Part shown: one piece after another, positions 1-13,992 of the stretch | How positions within the stretch are numbered: position 1 is the first letter of the stretch | Layout of the letters: each line of letters opens with the position of its first letter | Source of the DNA: Paragordius varius | Taxonomy: Eukaryota; Animalia; Nematomorpha | Reading direction: 5' to 3' | Assembly (NCBI GenBank): GCA_964247055.1 | Contig: OZ176051.1 | Coordinates: 14,384,001-14,448,000 of the forward strand | DNA: 64,000 nt | Notes under the pieces: generated by a model | Told to the model about the DNA's origin: nothing | Database searches by the model: none | Seen by the model: the letters and a program-made list of their open reading frames with translations, nothing else | Translations under genes and position numbers: made by a program

Positions 1-519
1 ACATACAATGTTCAACTAAACAATCGTAGAAAAATTTAATAAAAAAAATAAATTTGTTCCTCAAAGCGAACCCATTATATTACACATAAATAAGGATGTT
101 ACTCCAAAAATATATCTAGCCAGAAGAGTATCTCTACCCCTCAAATACAGTAAAAGTTGTCGAGGCATGAACAACTAGATTTTATAAAGGCGATTCAGTT
201 GAAACAGTAGAATAGGCTGCTTCAGTTGGTAAATGTTAGTGGCGGTTAAAGAATCAATTCATTTATATCTAAAGAAGTTACTCAGTGCTAGTAATCGATT
301 AATATTTTCTAAGAATAGCGGTAGAAAGTTTTACTATCATAGATATTTGGAATGCTTCTATGCAACTTGTTATCTACTTAAGAGTTACTTAAGATATCAT
401 TTAGGATTTTACCGTTATAATTGTTTGAGTTTCAGATAAGTAGATAATTAATGGCCTAATGTGTGCAGTGTACCTTGATGACATAATTATTTCGGGTAAA
501 AATATAATAATAATAATAA

Positions 520-1700
520 AAAAAAAATTACATTATATGATATCACTCTTTCGAGCCGTCGTATCCGTAAACTATTTCGCCATAAACCCTGTATGTGGCG
601 TCCTCGCGTTTAAGGTTCAGTTTTGGCATGTCCCTCTTAACTGTATCTATCCATCGCCTTTTAGGGCGCCCTTTTCCCCTCTTGCCTTTCACAATATAAT
701 CATCCGTCTTTTTACCAATGTAATTATTATCTCTTTTTTCAACATGTCAATCAGCTTAAACAATTTACCATCATCTTTTGGGTTACCGGTTTGATTTCCG
801 TACTTCCTGTTATGTAAACATCCCTCACCTTGTCATTCCTCGTTACACAGCACATCAATCTAAGCATTCTCATTTCAGTAACCTCAAAGTGCCTCTCTTC
901 TGATTTCTTTATTGCCCATATCTGTGAGTGTACATCATTGTTGGCTGTAAACAGCACTGTAAATCTTACCCTTTACTTTTAGGTCGATATTTTTATCGCA
1001 CAAAACATTTGAGATGTTTTTATAATTTGTCCCACTATTACGAATTCTTAGATTAATATCATGCGGTAAAAAGAACCATCTGCTGATAAACTCGCTCCTA
1101 AATATTTGCATTCCTCCTGACCTTTTAACACCCACCCTTCTTTTAATTCTATTTTTCATTATTTCCCACCGAAATTTATAAGTTCCGTTTTCTTTTTATT
1201 AACCTTTAAACCCCATCGTCATAACACATCCATCCATTTACCCACCAATTCTTTCAATTCATGCAACTCGTCGGACAGCACTATAAGGTCGTCTGCATAA
1301 AGAAAATACCAGCCACCATGTTGCCCTACTTCTTTTGGAATTTCGTCCATGTATATTATAAATAGTAACGGGCTGATTGCTGACATCTGATAGACCCCTT
1401 GGTTTATTTCAATAGGATCTGATACTCCCTGGTGTGTTTTAATTTTGGTTTGGTGTGAATCGTACATGCTTTTTAGAATCTTTATATAACTTTCAGGAAC
1501 GTTTTTTCGTCTTAAGCTCCACTATATGGTACTCCGTTGTATTCTGTCAAACGCCTTTTCAGTATCAATTAAATACCATGCAACTCCTTTTTCATTTCTA
1601 TATGCTTCTCGATTGGCCTTCTTACTGGGTGAATCGGATCAATGGTGGACTTTCCTGGAATAAAACCAAATTGATTACCTCAATTACTTAATTGGCAAAT
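520..1700 (-). mobile_element. Degenerate RTE-clade non-LTR retrotransposon, 3' part (reverse transcriptase to C-terminus)
   Basis: Frameshifted minus-strand pieces read NQFGFIPGKST, QGVYQMSAISPLLF, YADD, KVKGKIYSAV and EMRMLRLMCCVTRNDKVR, co-linear with the RTE ORF at 45165-46559. Boundaries approximate. Confidence 0.85.
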
Positions 1701-2317
1701 CTTGGACACACTACTATGGCGACCCCACTGTAACCATCCGTAGAATCTAAATAAAACATTTTATAATTACCCTCTATCGTCTTAGCATTCCCCCATTAGG
1801 CCGGAGTAAAGCAAGAACAATCGCACTTTGCTATGTTAAAAGTATCACAATAGTTTACACAGGTTCTTACACACTGCAAAACTAATTTGGAATAAAATTA
1901 TTTGTAATCTGAGACTGTTATAACTATTAGACATTATTTCAAAAAACATAAAGCGATTTTTGTTGCGGTTTATAGATATTATAATCATAAAATATGTTAG
2001 ATCATATCTATTTCATTGGATGTTTTATAAATTAAAAAATAAAAAATGGAGTTCTTGCGCTATTTGGTAAGATATATGATAGTAAATGTTTGACATCTTA
2101 GGTGATATATTTTCGGTAGGGAGACTAATTCCAATATATTCCAAATATTAAGAATAGAGTTTTTATAAATACTCCAATCAATATTTAGCAAATAAACAGG
2201 AAATCAATTATAAGGGGATCCTAATGAAGGAGCTAATATGTGAATAAATGTAATAAATCAACGAATAATGGGTAATTTGCCAAAAAAGAAGTACAATTAT
2301 ATATTTGATAACATCTT

Positions 2318-5300
2318 TGATTAGTAGATATTACAATATTGTATCATTGTATTTTTATCTTACATCATATTATTATATTAATCGCGTTTGGCGTTTATTC
2401 GTGCGTCATTATTCGTGGAATACTCATATATAATCGTAGAATAAAAGACATATTCTTACAATTGTGAAGGACATGCATGTTAAAAGTATCATTAATAAAA
2501 AAGTATAAATATCACGAAATTTTTAATAAATTATCATTGTTTTGTATTTTCACCAATTTACATCTTATTTGGCGACAATGGAAAAATTTTTAATCGAATG
2601 ATACGATGACACTTATGATTTTGCCACCTATATCAGATATGTCAAAAGGTTTATGATCTCCAAAAATGTTGATATAAATGATGATAATATCAAAGTACTG
2701 TTTTTGGCTGGAGGTGGTCTTAAAACAATTATTAAGATCGAAACAATGATATTTTATAAATCTATTAATGATGCGCCTTAGTCCTTAATTCATGACTTTC
2801 TTAAACCTTACTCACCTGCCAAGTCTGTCCTCGCTGCAGGTTTGAGTTTGATCGTTTGCGGAGAAATGATAGAGAAACATTCACGGAATTTTTGCAAAGA
2901 GTCAAGAGTGTAGCGGAAAAGGCTGAATTTCAAACAGAGGTGGAGGAGAGAATTAAAGATAGTTTTGTGGCTGGATTAAACTTGCTGCAATCATTGGAAG
3001 TGGATCTTTCACGATTCCCGATGCGAAGTGTGATGAGAAGGCGGTGTCATTAACCACCATTGTCGACATGGCCTTGGCTTAGGAACTTGCAAGGGCCGAT
3101 ATTGCCTCCCATGTGTCGTCAAGCAGTATCCTCAAAATTCAAAAGAATCGGTCGAATGATAATAATAATAATAATTATAAGAGTTATATATGGAATATAA
3201 AAAAAATGATGATGGCAATAATAATAAATGGAAGCGGAGATGTGGGAAATGTGGTAAATCGCATATACCAAAACAATGTCCCGCCGGAAAAATGTGCCAC
3301 ATAATAAAAAAAATCATTTTCAGGCAATGTGTCGCCACAAAAAACAATATAGTGATAATACAAACGCTAATTATAATAAATGGGGCACACAAGCGAACTT
3401 TTGCGCTACGATTAATGGCCAAGCTGTCAGTATGGTTTTTGATACTGGAGCTGCTGCTTCTCTGATTAATAAAAATGTCTGGAATACGTAAGAGCACCGT
3501 TACTAAAAAGTGCTCCTAGATTAACTTCCTACGGAAACAACCCAATCAAACTCTTGGGAAAAACGGTTGTCAATGTAACAATAGGAACTATTACGAAGAA
3601 ATTAGAATGTTTTGTGACGCCTTGGATCATTGGTTGTGGCATGACCTTACCGGAAAACGTGAAAGTTAATCAAATAACATATAATAATAATAAGGAGCAT
3701 GATGATGTATTCAAGCGATTTCCAAAACCCTTTAACGAGAAATTGGGTTGTTACAACGGTGATCCTGTCAAATTGTATGTCCGATCAGATGCAATACCAA
3801 AAGTCTGCGCTGCACGGCGAATTCCATTGGCACTACAGAGTAAAGTAGAGATGGAAATGCAGAGACTGATGGACCTGGGAATAGTGAGTTTCGTTGATCC
3901 TACACAACACTATGTGGAATGGGCGACTCCTACGGTTAACGTCGTAAAAACTAATGGGGAAATTGGGGTGTGCGCTGATTTCCGGGTATCTATCAATTCT
4001 TTGATGAAGAACATATCTTAGATTATCCCGACATTTGACACGATCGCGTTTAAATGTGCGGGATCCACATGGTTCTCGTCCATTGATTTAAAAGACGCAT
4101 ACCTTCAAATTCCGGTGGATGTGGAAAGTAAAAAAATTTTTTACTACCCCGATGGGATATTTCCAATTTAATCGCCTACCATTTGGATTGAAGGTTTCTT
4201 CCATGCTTTTCCAGAGAATAATAGATGAGGCACTCAAAGATTGCAGGGGCACAATGGCTTATCTCGACGATGTTTTGATTGTTGGTAAAACGAAAGATGA
4301 ACATGATAAAAATCTTAGCGAGACTCTAACAAGGTTACAAAAATGCGGGTTTACGTTAAAAAAGGATAATTAAAACTGTATCAGAAGAATATTAAATTTT
4401 TGGGTTTTGAGTTATCAAAACAGGGAATTCGCCCTGTACAAGATAAAATCGACGCCATTACTAAATGTGCAACACCTACCAAAAAACTGAGTTAAGATCA
4501 TTTTTGGGATTGCTCAATTTTTATGAACGTTTTATTCCTGGCTTACATGTCAAAGGTAGTAATCTACATGCACTAACAGGATCCAAAATGGAGATGGTCA
4601 CAAGAACATCAAAATTAATTTAAGCAAGCAAAAAACTTAATATTAAGAGAATCTCTACTTGCCACTTATAACATAAATTATAAAACAATAATACATGTGG
4701 ATGCATCTACAAAAGGCTTTGGAGCTGTACTTCCTCAAATGGAGAATAAGAGAATGGTACCAATTGCATTCGCGACAAGAAAATGCCAGAATGCAGAGAA
4801 AAATTATTCTGTGATTGAATTGGAAACAAAGGCTTTGCTATTTGGTTTAGAAAAATTCCATTATTATATATATGGACAGAAATGTGAGGTCTGGTCAGAT
4901 CATAAGCCGTTAGTTCATTTATTCGGAAACAATCGGAAGTTAAGTGATATTAAAAACTGTAAATTGTTAAGATGGATCTACAAGGCCGCCGCGTATGATT
5001 TTGATATGAAATATATTGCGGGATCGACAAACATGGCCGATGTGTTTTCAAGACTTTTCGAAAAGAGTCAGACACCCTTAGCCAATGATGTGAATATGTG
5101 GCCGAAAAAATTCGACAATCGCATTCGTGGATTTAAATTTAAATAAAAGGCAAATAAAAAAGATTGTTTGGAGGATAAACTGTTAAAACGACTACGTATG
5201 TCAATTAATAATACTGTTTGGTCAACACCGGAATTATCCGCATTCAAAGCCGTTAGAAATGATCTCAAACAAGCCGGTGGTTTCGTATATGTTGGTGATC

Positions 5301-5985
5301 GGTTGGTTACCCCAACAGCTGCGTGATGTTGGCCCGGAATTGATAAGGACATTGAAAAGTTAATACACGACTGTCAGTGTTGTCTGAGGAACAGGGCCAA
5401 CGCTTCTGAGAATCCGGTATATAAGAAGAACATCAACACACCGTTGAATTGATTGCAAGATAAAGAAACGCCTAAAGAAAGTACACCAACGAGACCCTTA
5501 GGAGAATTTACACCTTATCAGTCAATATTTATAAAGAACGAGATATCTAGAGGATGGCGACCGGGTACGGTTGAAGTAAGGACGGTGCCGTTATCGTAGG
5601 AAGTAAAGGATGAAGATGGGAAAGAGATGACGAAACATGCCGATCAACTGAGGTCGGATGGTGAGCAGAGTGAGGCCCCCAGGCGTTACCCAGATCGAGT
5701 CCGCAAACCTCCTAAGCGTTTTTTAAAGGATTAGAGAATGATATGTTGTTGATATTACAACATTGCATCATTGTATTTTTATCTTGCATCATATTATTAT
5801 ATTAATCGCGTTTGGCGTTTATGTTCGTGCATCATTATTCGTGGAATTCTCATTAGAATAAAAGAAATATTCTTACAATTGTGACGCACATGCATGTTAA
5901 AATTATCATTAATTAAAAAGTATAAATATCACGAAATTTTTAATAAATTATCATATTTGTATTTTCACCAATATACATCTTATTT
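2318..5985 (+). mobile_element. Degenerate Ty3/Gypsy LTR retrotransposon (gag-PR-RT-RNaseH, integrase core largely deleted)
   Basis: Direct LTRs at ~2318-2569 and 5739-5985. PBS-like TGGCGAC at 2570 followed by gag ATG at 2578. Zn knuckle CGKCGKSH, protease FDTGAA (3276-3491), RT WATP..V..CADFR and YLDD (3554-4373), RNaseH DAS..G.GAVL and DHKPL (4697-5146). Purine tract AAAGGATTAGAGAA precedes the 3' LTR. Many stops and frameshifts. Confidence 0.9.
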
Positions 5986-6043
5986 TCGGATGGTGAGCAG
6001 AGTGAGGCCCCAGGCGTTACCCAGATCGAGTCCGCAAACCTCC

Positions 6044-8846
6044 AAAAGATTTTTTAAATTAAATCCATGAATGCGATTTGTCGGATTTTTTCGGCCACAT
6101 ATTCACATCATTGGCTAAGAGTGTCTGACTCTTTTCGAAAAGTCTTGAAAACACATCGGCCATGTTTGTCGATCCCGCAATATATTTCATATCAAAATCA
6201 TACGCGGCGGCCTTGTAGATCCATCTTAATTAATATCACTTAACTTCCGATTGTTTCCGAATAAATGAACTAACGGCTTATGATCTGACCAGACCTCACA
6301 TTTCTGTCCATATATATAATAATGGAATTTTTCTAAACCAAATAGCAAAGCCTTTGTTTCCAATTCAATCACAGAATAATTTTTCTCTGCATTCTGGCAT
6401 TTTCTTGTCGCGAATGCAATTGGTACCATTCTCTTATTCTCCATTTGAGGAAGTACAGCTCCAAAGCCTTTTGTAGATGCATCCACATGTATTATTGTTT
6501 TATAATTTATGTTATAAGTGGCAAGTAGAGATTCTCTTAATATTAAGTTTTTTGCTTGCTTAAATTAATTTTGATGTTCTTGTGACCATCTCCATTTTGG
6601 ATCCTGTTAGTGCATGTAGATTACTACCTTTGACATGTAAGCCAGGAATAAAACGTTCATAAAAATTGAGCAATCCCAAAAATGATCTTAACTCAGTTTT
6701 TTGGTAGGTGTTGCACATTTAGTAATGGCGTCGATTTTATCTTGTACAGGGCGAATTCCCTGTTTTGATAACTCAAAACCCAAAAATTTAATATTCTTCT
6801 GATACAGTTTTAATTATCCTTTTTTAACGTAAACCCGCATTTTTGTAACCTTGTTAGAGTCTCGCTAAGATTTTTATCATGTTCATCTTTCGTTTTACCA
6901 ACAATCAAAACATCGTCGAGATAAGCCATTGTGCCCCTGCAATCTTTGAGTGCCTCATCTATTATTCTCTGGAAAAGCATGGAAGAAACCTTCAATCCAA
7001 ATGGTAGGCGATTAAATTGGAAATATCCCATCGGGGTAGTAAAAAATTTTTTTACTTTCCACATCCACCGGAATTTGAAGGTATGCGTCTTTTAAATCAA
7101 TGGACGAGAACCATGTGGATCCCGCACATTTAAACGCGATCGTGTCAAATGTCGGGATAATCTAAGATATGTTCTTCATCAAAGAATTGATAGATACCCG
7201 GAAATCAGCGCACACCCCAATTTCCCCATTAGTTTTTACGACGTTAACCGTAGGAGTCGCCCATTCCACATAGTGTTGTGTAGGATCAACGAAACTCACT
7301 ATTCCCAGGTCCATCAGTCTCTGCATTTCCATCTCTACTTTACTCTGTAGTGCCAATGGAATTCGCCGTGCAGCGCAGACTTTTGGTATTGCATCTGATC
7401 GGACATACAATTTGACAGGATCACCGTTGTAACAACCCAATTTCTCGTTAAAGGGTTTTGGAAATCGCTTGAATACATCATCATGCTCCTTATTATTATT
7501 ATATGTTATTTGATTAACTTTCACGTTTTCCGGTAAGGTCATGCCACAACCAATGATCCAAGGCGTCACAAAACATTCTAATTTCTTCGTAATAGTTCCT
7601 ATTGTTACATTGACAACCGTTTTTCCCAAGAGTTTGATTGGGTTGTTTCCGTAGGAAGTTAATCTAGGAGCACTTTTTAGTAACGGTGCTCTTACGTATT
7701 CCAGACATTTTTATTAATCAGAGAAGCAGCAGCTCCAGTATCAAAAACCATACTGACAGCTTGGCCATTAATCGTAGCGCAAAAGTTCGCTTGTGTGCCC
7801 CATTTATTATAATTAGCGTTTGTATTATCACTATATTGTTTTTTGTGGCGACACATTGCCTGAAAATGATTTTTTTTATTATGTGGCACATTTTTCCGGC
7901 GGGACATTGTTTTGGTATATGCGATTTACCACATTTCCCACATCTCCGCTTCCATTTATTATTATTGCCATCATCATTTTTTTTATATTCCATATATAAC
8001 TCTTATAATTATTATTATTATTATCATTCGACCGATTCTTTTGAATTTTGAGGATACTGCTTGACGACACATGGGAGGCAATATCGGCCCTTGCAAGTTC
8101 CTAAGCCAAGGCCATGTCGACAATGGTGGTTAATGACACCGCCTTCTCATCACACTTCGCATCGGGAATCGTGAAAGATCCACTTCCAATGATTGCAAGT
8201 TAATTCAGCCACAAAACTGTCTTTAATTCTCTCCTCCACCTCTGTTTGAAATTCAGCCTTTTCCGCCACACTCTTGACTCTTTGCAAAAATTCCGTGAAT
8301 GTTTCTCTATCATTTCTCCGCAAACGATCAAACTCAAACCTGCAGCGAAGACAGACTTGGCAGGTGAGTAAGGTTTAAGAAAGTCATGAATTAAGGACCA
8401 AGGCGCATCATTAATAGATTTATAAAATATCATTGTTTCGATCTTATTAATTGTTTTAAGACCAGCTCCAGCCAAAAACAGTAGCTTGATATTATCATCA
8501 TTAGTATCAATTTGTGATCATAACCCTTTTGACAATCTGATGTAGGTGGAATCAAAAGTGTCATCGTATCCTTCAATTGAAATTTTATCCCCCATGGTCC
8601 CCAGATATAGAATATATCGTCAAATTAAAATAATGTCAATTTATTAAAATTGTTGTGATATTTATACTTTTTATTAGTTATAATTTAAACATGAATGCGT
8701 CGCAAGAATACTTTTATAGTACGAATATTTAAAGAATTCCACGAATAATGACGCACGAACATAAACGCCAAACGCGATTATAATAATAATATGATGTAAT
8801 ATAAAAAGACAATCATGCAATGTTGTGTCATATCAACTACATATCA
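6044..8846 (-). mobile_element. Inverted second copy of the same Gypsy element (LTR-gag-PR-RT-RNaseH)
   Basis: ORF-track translations mirror those of 3113-4945 with a constant coordinate sum of 11183 (3554+7629, 4119+7064, 4697+6486). Inverted LTR at ~8610-8846. Confidence 0.92.
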
Positions 8847-8927
8847 AATATAAATTATTAAATAGCTAAAATGTTACAGTGTTCTTCTCACAAATGAATG
8901 TAATTTCAAATGATAAATTACACTCAC

Positions 8928-11900
8928 ATTTTGCATATCGATAGGAGCTCCGGCTTCCAAAAATTTGCCAAATTGACATCTTTTTTGCGACAAGCAAGAT
9001 GTAATACTGTGTCACCTGTACTCTATTGGCAGTTAATATATAATTTAACATTATATTATACGAAGTTAATAAAAACTTAAAAATAATATGTTCAAACGCA
9101 ATCTCCAATACTTATTAATTAAGTTTTGGACTATTCAGATATTACTTTTATTAAATTAGGAATCAACATCGTTTAAAAAATTTAGTTTTTCCTTGTAACG
9201 AATTATATGTCGTGAACGTTTTTCATTATGCCTGTAGAGGGTGTTTTATTGTTTAATAAACTCTTGGCCATCCCAAGAAATAGGCTGATCAAATTACTAA
9301 TGATAATGAATTATTAAATTTCTTTAAAAAGAAGCATATTTGTGGATATTAAAAAAATTTAACGAATTTCGAAGCAACACATATTATAAAGTTAAAATTA
9401 TTTCGTTGATACTCAACTTTCTCAACAACTTAAAACGTTTAATTCGCTATTTTTGTCAAAACTAATATTTTAAAAACATTTCACATTATTAATTATTAAT
9501 TATCTTAATGATTATTACATTTTGTTTGTTAACAAATCACATTTGAATATTTATATATTCGCTGATTAAAGTTCTTTAAAAAGTTGTGTTACTATACCAT
9601 ATATAAAATTTTTAACTAATTTAAAACATTAACATCTAAAAATAACAAAGATACTATAGATCAGTGGTACTCACGAAAAAAATTTGACGGGCCAAATAAA
9701 ATATATATTTTTTTCGAGGGCCATGAACCTTATAATGGCAAATATTCCATAGCTATTTAACACATATGCACATATTTATACTCTAAATCAGCACAATGAA
9801 TTTTTTGCGGATCGCATGTAAATCTAGCTAAAAACTGGTTTACCATTTAGTTAAAAAATAAAAATATTTTGATAACAATTTTTATTTCCATATTAGCCAA
9901 AATTTTTTAATAATTTGGTTTCGCCTCATGACAGGCCAATCTTAATACGTCGTCCATATAATCATCGGTTAAGCGGTTTCTTATGTATTCTTGACATATT
10001 TTATTTTTGAATATGACGCCTCACACGTATAAGTTGAGGGAAAAAGAATTAGGATAACTTGAGCACATTTTTTTATATTTTCTTATTTATTTGGCACATC
10101 TTGCCAAAACATATCTTTCTTCTCTACGATTATCTTTGAATATTCAAATTGGAATTTTTAACTACGAATTTTTCAATGAAATGCGCCTAATCAAAACCGA
10201 AATGATCAAGTTTTTTAATATTGAATATATCCATATGCCATGAATTTTCAACGAGTTTTAAGCCTAATATATCTTAATTTTTGAAATCTGAATTATATCT
10301 CATTAAATAAAAATGTTAGATGATCTATTATTAAATTAATCTCCGTGGTAAATTCCATATTTACTTCATGAATCGTTTTAAGTGTAGGCAAATATAGGAG
10401 TGTTTTGTTTATAAAATCTTGTATATATATTTTAGTTTTTCTTCATAAGCAAATATATGATTAGTAAATTGAGTTATTATTTTTCCTACTTGAACTATTA
10501 ATAATACTAAGTTTATAAGTAATGTCGCAAAGGTCTGATAATACTGGCCATTTGTCACTTAATCCTCGTCAAACCTTCTGTTATCTTTTAAAAATAATAG
10601 AATTACATATCTTAAAACAGAAAATCTTTTTAATATGCTAAGGCTTATCCATCTCACAGCGGTTTACAAGAGATCATCAATCTCACTGTAGATATCTTTT
10701 AAAAGGTTTTTGAATTTACGGCGATTAAATTCTCTCCCATGGATGGGGTTAAATATATTCACAACCGTTTTAATTACTGAATTGAGTGATTCAACTTTTA
10801 CACGCGAAACCTAGTTTGATGAAAAAAGCAGTGAAAGGATAAAATTTGTAAATTATATTTGTTTCCAAAAGAGGAATAAATTCTTTGGTTATTCCAATCA
10901 TAGATGGACAGCCATCTGTGCAGATTCCAATTTTTCATAGATATACCAATATTATCGAAAAAAGTGTTAATTATTTCGAGAAAATCACTTCCCTTCGTGG
11001 TATTATTCATTGGTAAAAATTCTAAATATATATCGTTGATTATGTTGTCGTTGCAAAATCTTACGAAGAGCGCACATTGAGGTGTTTTACTAACATCAGT
11101 GCTAAAATTAATAGCATTACTAAAATATTTGCAGTTTTTTAGAGCCAATAATATATTGTTAAAATATATTTAGACATATCTTCAATGCGTCGAGTACATG
11201 TGGCAGAAAGTTAAAGTTTTTTAATTTGCCTCACGATTTGATCTTTATATGTTTATCAAATAAAAAAGTGCAATCATTTATTAGACATTCTTTTAGTTGG
11301 GAATCAGTAAACGGTTTCATATTTTTTCCTAAAATATAACAAATTTCATACGAAGCTTACAACTTTTTCCTGGTAGAAAGCTATGGACATAATAGATTTT
11401 CCTTTCTGGTACAATTCCTTAATCTTTTTATATTTTTAGTTTTTCCTCGTGATTTTCTGGTAATTTATGAGAAGAATGGATTGTAAAATTCTTTCAATAT
11501 TTTTTTATAAATATGTTGTCCTTACATATAAGGCAGATAACAACATTTTTATTTTAAACGACAAAGAATTTTTCTTCTCATTCTTTTTTAAATGGCGATT
11601 TTCATCGGATAATTTACGTTTTTTAGCATTAGATGTCATCCTTTGAATTTATGTTTAAATATTATGTAAATTTTTTAAAATATAGGTAGAATTACGCTAT
11701 AATATAACAAGTTGAAATTTAATTATGTTTATTTGAAAAATATTTAATGGGAAGGAGTTATAAAAAATGAGGCAGGATAGCTATGAAAATAATATGTATA
11801 TGCAAGTTTGGGCGAGAGGCTTGCTCAAATATAAAAAAGTAATGCAATAAAAATTTCAAAATGGAAAAGAAAATAGAATAGAGAAACAGAAACAACGTGT

Positions 11901-13514
11901 GCCAAAATTTTTTTTAATGTAGGGTAATTTTTCTACATTTCGAATTGGGTAAAAAATAAAAACTACCAAAATTAAATCTAAAGAAAATAAATTAATATTA
12001 AAATAATAGAAAATTCGTTTATGTGTTAAAAAAATAATATATGTATCAATATGGCCATAGGGCAATTTTAAAGCACTCTTAGGGCCGCATGCGGCCCGCG
12101 GGCCGCGGTTTGAGTATCACTGCTATAGATGCTTAATAAAAGTTCAAATACTTATTTTTTTAATTGTAGAATATAAGTGTTAGATTTAATGTATTTAGTT
12201 TAAATGTTAGATTATAAATGGTGAATTTTTATGTCAAAAGTACACACAAATTTATAGTAAGTTAAATAAAAAATATTTACTTTTTAGCATATCGCAATTG
12301 CAATTTAGTTTGAGCACTCAATAATTCTTTACATACTACTAGATTATTATTATCGGTGGCTAAATATAATGGAATCGAATCATCTGCATCGGGTATTAGG
12401 TGACAATTATATCCATAAATTTTCAGAAGTAATTTTACTAAACTTTGGGCTCTAATACTACGACAGCAAGCACAGTGTAAGGCTAGTCTTTCGAATTCCT
12501 AATTATTGTTTAATCAGGCTCTTTGAGTATTTGTTTAAAATTTTTGTTATTTAATAACTTATCAAAACCAGGTTTGAAAAACATACACCACCCTTGGAGG
12601 TAGAATCTGCATATTTTTGTATTAACATCCCATATATAGCTGCATAATGAATGGTTTTAAATCCCTCCTATTAGTTAAAAAAATTTTTGGTAAAAAATCG
12701 AATACCTTATCGGTTGTATTAACATCCACGTTAAAATCCATCAAAATTTCCACAATGTTTGTTTTGTTATCCTTAAAACCAAAATGTAAGAGGTTTTGTT
12801 TGGAACTCTATAATATAAAATGATATATTCCAGAGTAGTTGGAATTAGAATAGGATTTTCGACATTTAACAACCGGTCTCACACTTATAAATGTTTAGTT
12901 ATTTGCGGTCATAGGCTGCGATTATCACAATTATTAGATATACCTTGTAACTAAATAAAATAAGTCAGTTAATATATCATCAATTTTTAATAAGTATTAA
13001 CAACCAATTGATAAAATGGGAATTTACATAGTCTGTCACTTAATTTGCCTGTTGACCAATTTGATCCAATTTATAACCGTAATATTGATCCCAAAACGTT
13101 TAAGCTTGTTGCTTCTTATATTATCTTTTACTTTTGTGTTTTTTTAATTAAATTATCAATAAATTTATGCATCTTATCATATATTAAAATAAAGGAAGTA
13201 TCAGACTTACTGAGGTAAATTAAGAATATAAAGATATATAATTCATATATAACAATTATTTAAAAATTAATGTTCGGATGCTATAACACTCAAAAGCATA
13301 CTTTGTCTGTTTGGGATAAAATATGGCCAATATCTTTACGCAATTTTTCGCCATCAATATGGTCCGTTATTCTTAGCATTTGAAATTCATGAAACCTTAT
13401 CAAATCGCTTTCGATTTCTTGCCATTCAGAAAGTTTGGCTTTTTTAAACCATTCTGTAATGTTTAATGTTTTAACAAATTCCTCGGGTTTAGCGATGGTA
13501 TATTCGGTTAACAT
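8928..13514 (-). CDS. nompC: NOMPC/TRPN1-like mechanosensitive TRP channel, N-terminal ankyrin exons; frameshifted as assembled, possibly a pseudogene
   Basis: GT-AG exons 13302-13514, 12706-12807, 12587-12667, 12281-12498 and 8928-9022 splice to ...TDK|SSKQNLLHFGFKDNKTNIVEILMDFNVDVNTTDK|EGFKTIHYAAIYG...SKGG|EFERLALHCACCR...IPLYLATDNNNLVVCKELLSAQTKLQLRYAK|STGDTVLHLACRKKDVNLA.F.EAGAPIDMQN. This matches recalled TRPN1 motifs (KDN, IPLFLA.E.GN...CKELL...QL, GDTALH..CRKRDV). Short indels near 12281 and 8960. Confidence 0.72.
9662..12122 (-). mobile_element. hAT (Buster-type, GTF2IRD2/ZBED5-like) DNA transposon with decayed transposase, inside a nompC intron
   Basis: TIRs CAGTGGTACTCA / TGAGTATCACTG. 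Perfect 8-bp TSD CTATAGAT at 9654-9661 and 12123-12130 (nnnTAnnn, Buster-type). Transposase remnants include STDVSKTPQCALFVRF and HCFFHQ (10798-11148). Confidence 0.92.
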
Positions 13515-13947
13515 ATGATTATATATGGACGAGAGAATTTAATATTTGGATAAAAATTATTGATTAATAACCATAAACACGAGATTAATAATTTTAATTT
13601 TCATGCGATTATTATTCCTTTGAGAAAATGGCTTATTGTAAAGTCAATAATAATATACAATTAAAACTATATACCGGAAACATAGCTTACTTCTTTGTAA
13701 TCCTGTGTCACTTAAATTATGTTGGTTAAAATAAATTTGAGAGTTCGTAACATAGATATTATATTTTACCTTTAAGAATAAAATTATAAATTATCAGGCA
13801 CGAAATTTTATTGTGTAAAATATATATAGTATTAGTAAGATCAATTCTTAATTATGATGGTTTTAAGGCTCAGATAGAGGTATAAATAGCATAATTATAT
13901 CAAAATGTAAAAATTATTTTAATATACGCAGCGCACAGAAAAAAATC

Positions 13948-13952
<5 letters not shown>

Positions 13953-13988
<36 letters not shown>
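13953..13988. repeat. (TA)n microsatellite
   Basis: Pure TA run; similar runs near 18020-18052, 27670-27692, 30175-30240 and 39541-39584. Confidence 0.95.

Positions 13989-13992
<4 letters not shown>

Noticed and set aside
1-450. Stop-riddled plus-strand reading faintly like a BEL/Pao integrase region
   Set aside because: Motifs too eroded to support by eye; needs a profile search.
2050-2300. Hydrophobic minus-strand reading that might be a TRP transmembrane-region exon of nompC
   Set aside because: Multiple stops, no convincing splice sites and only vague similarity.
2318-8846. Palindromes as simple amplification or long-read fold-back chimeras
   Set aside because: Arms differ (substantially in the LTRs) and unique flanking sequence resumes on both sides. 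Not fully excluded without reads.
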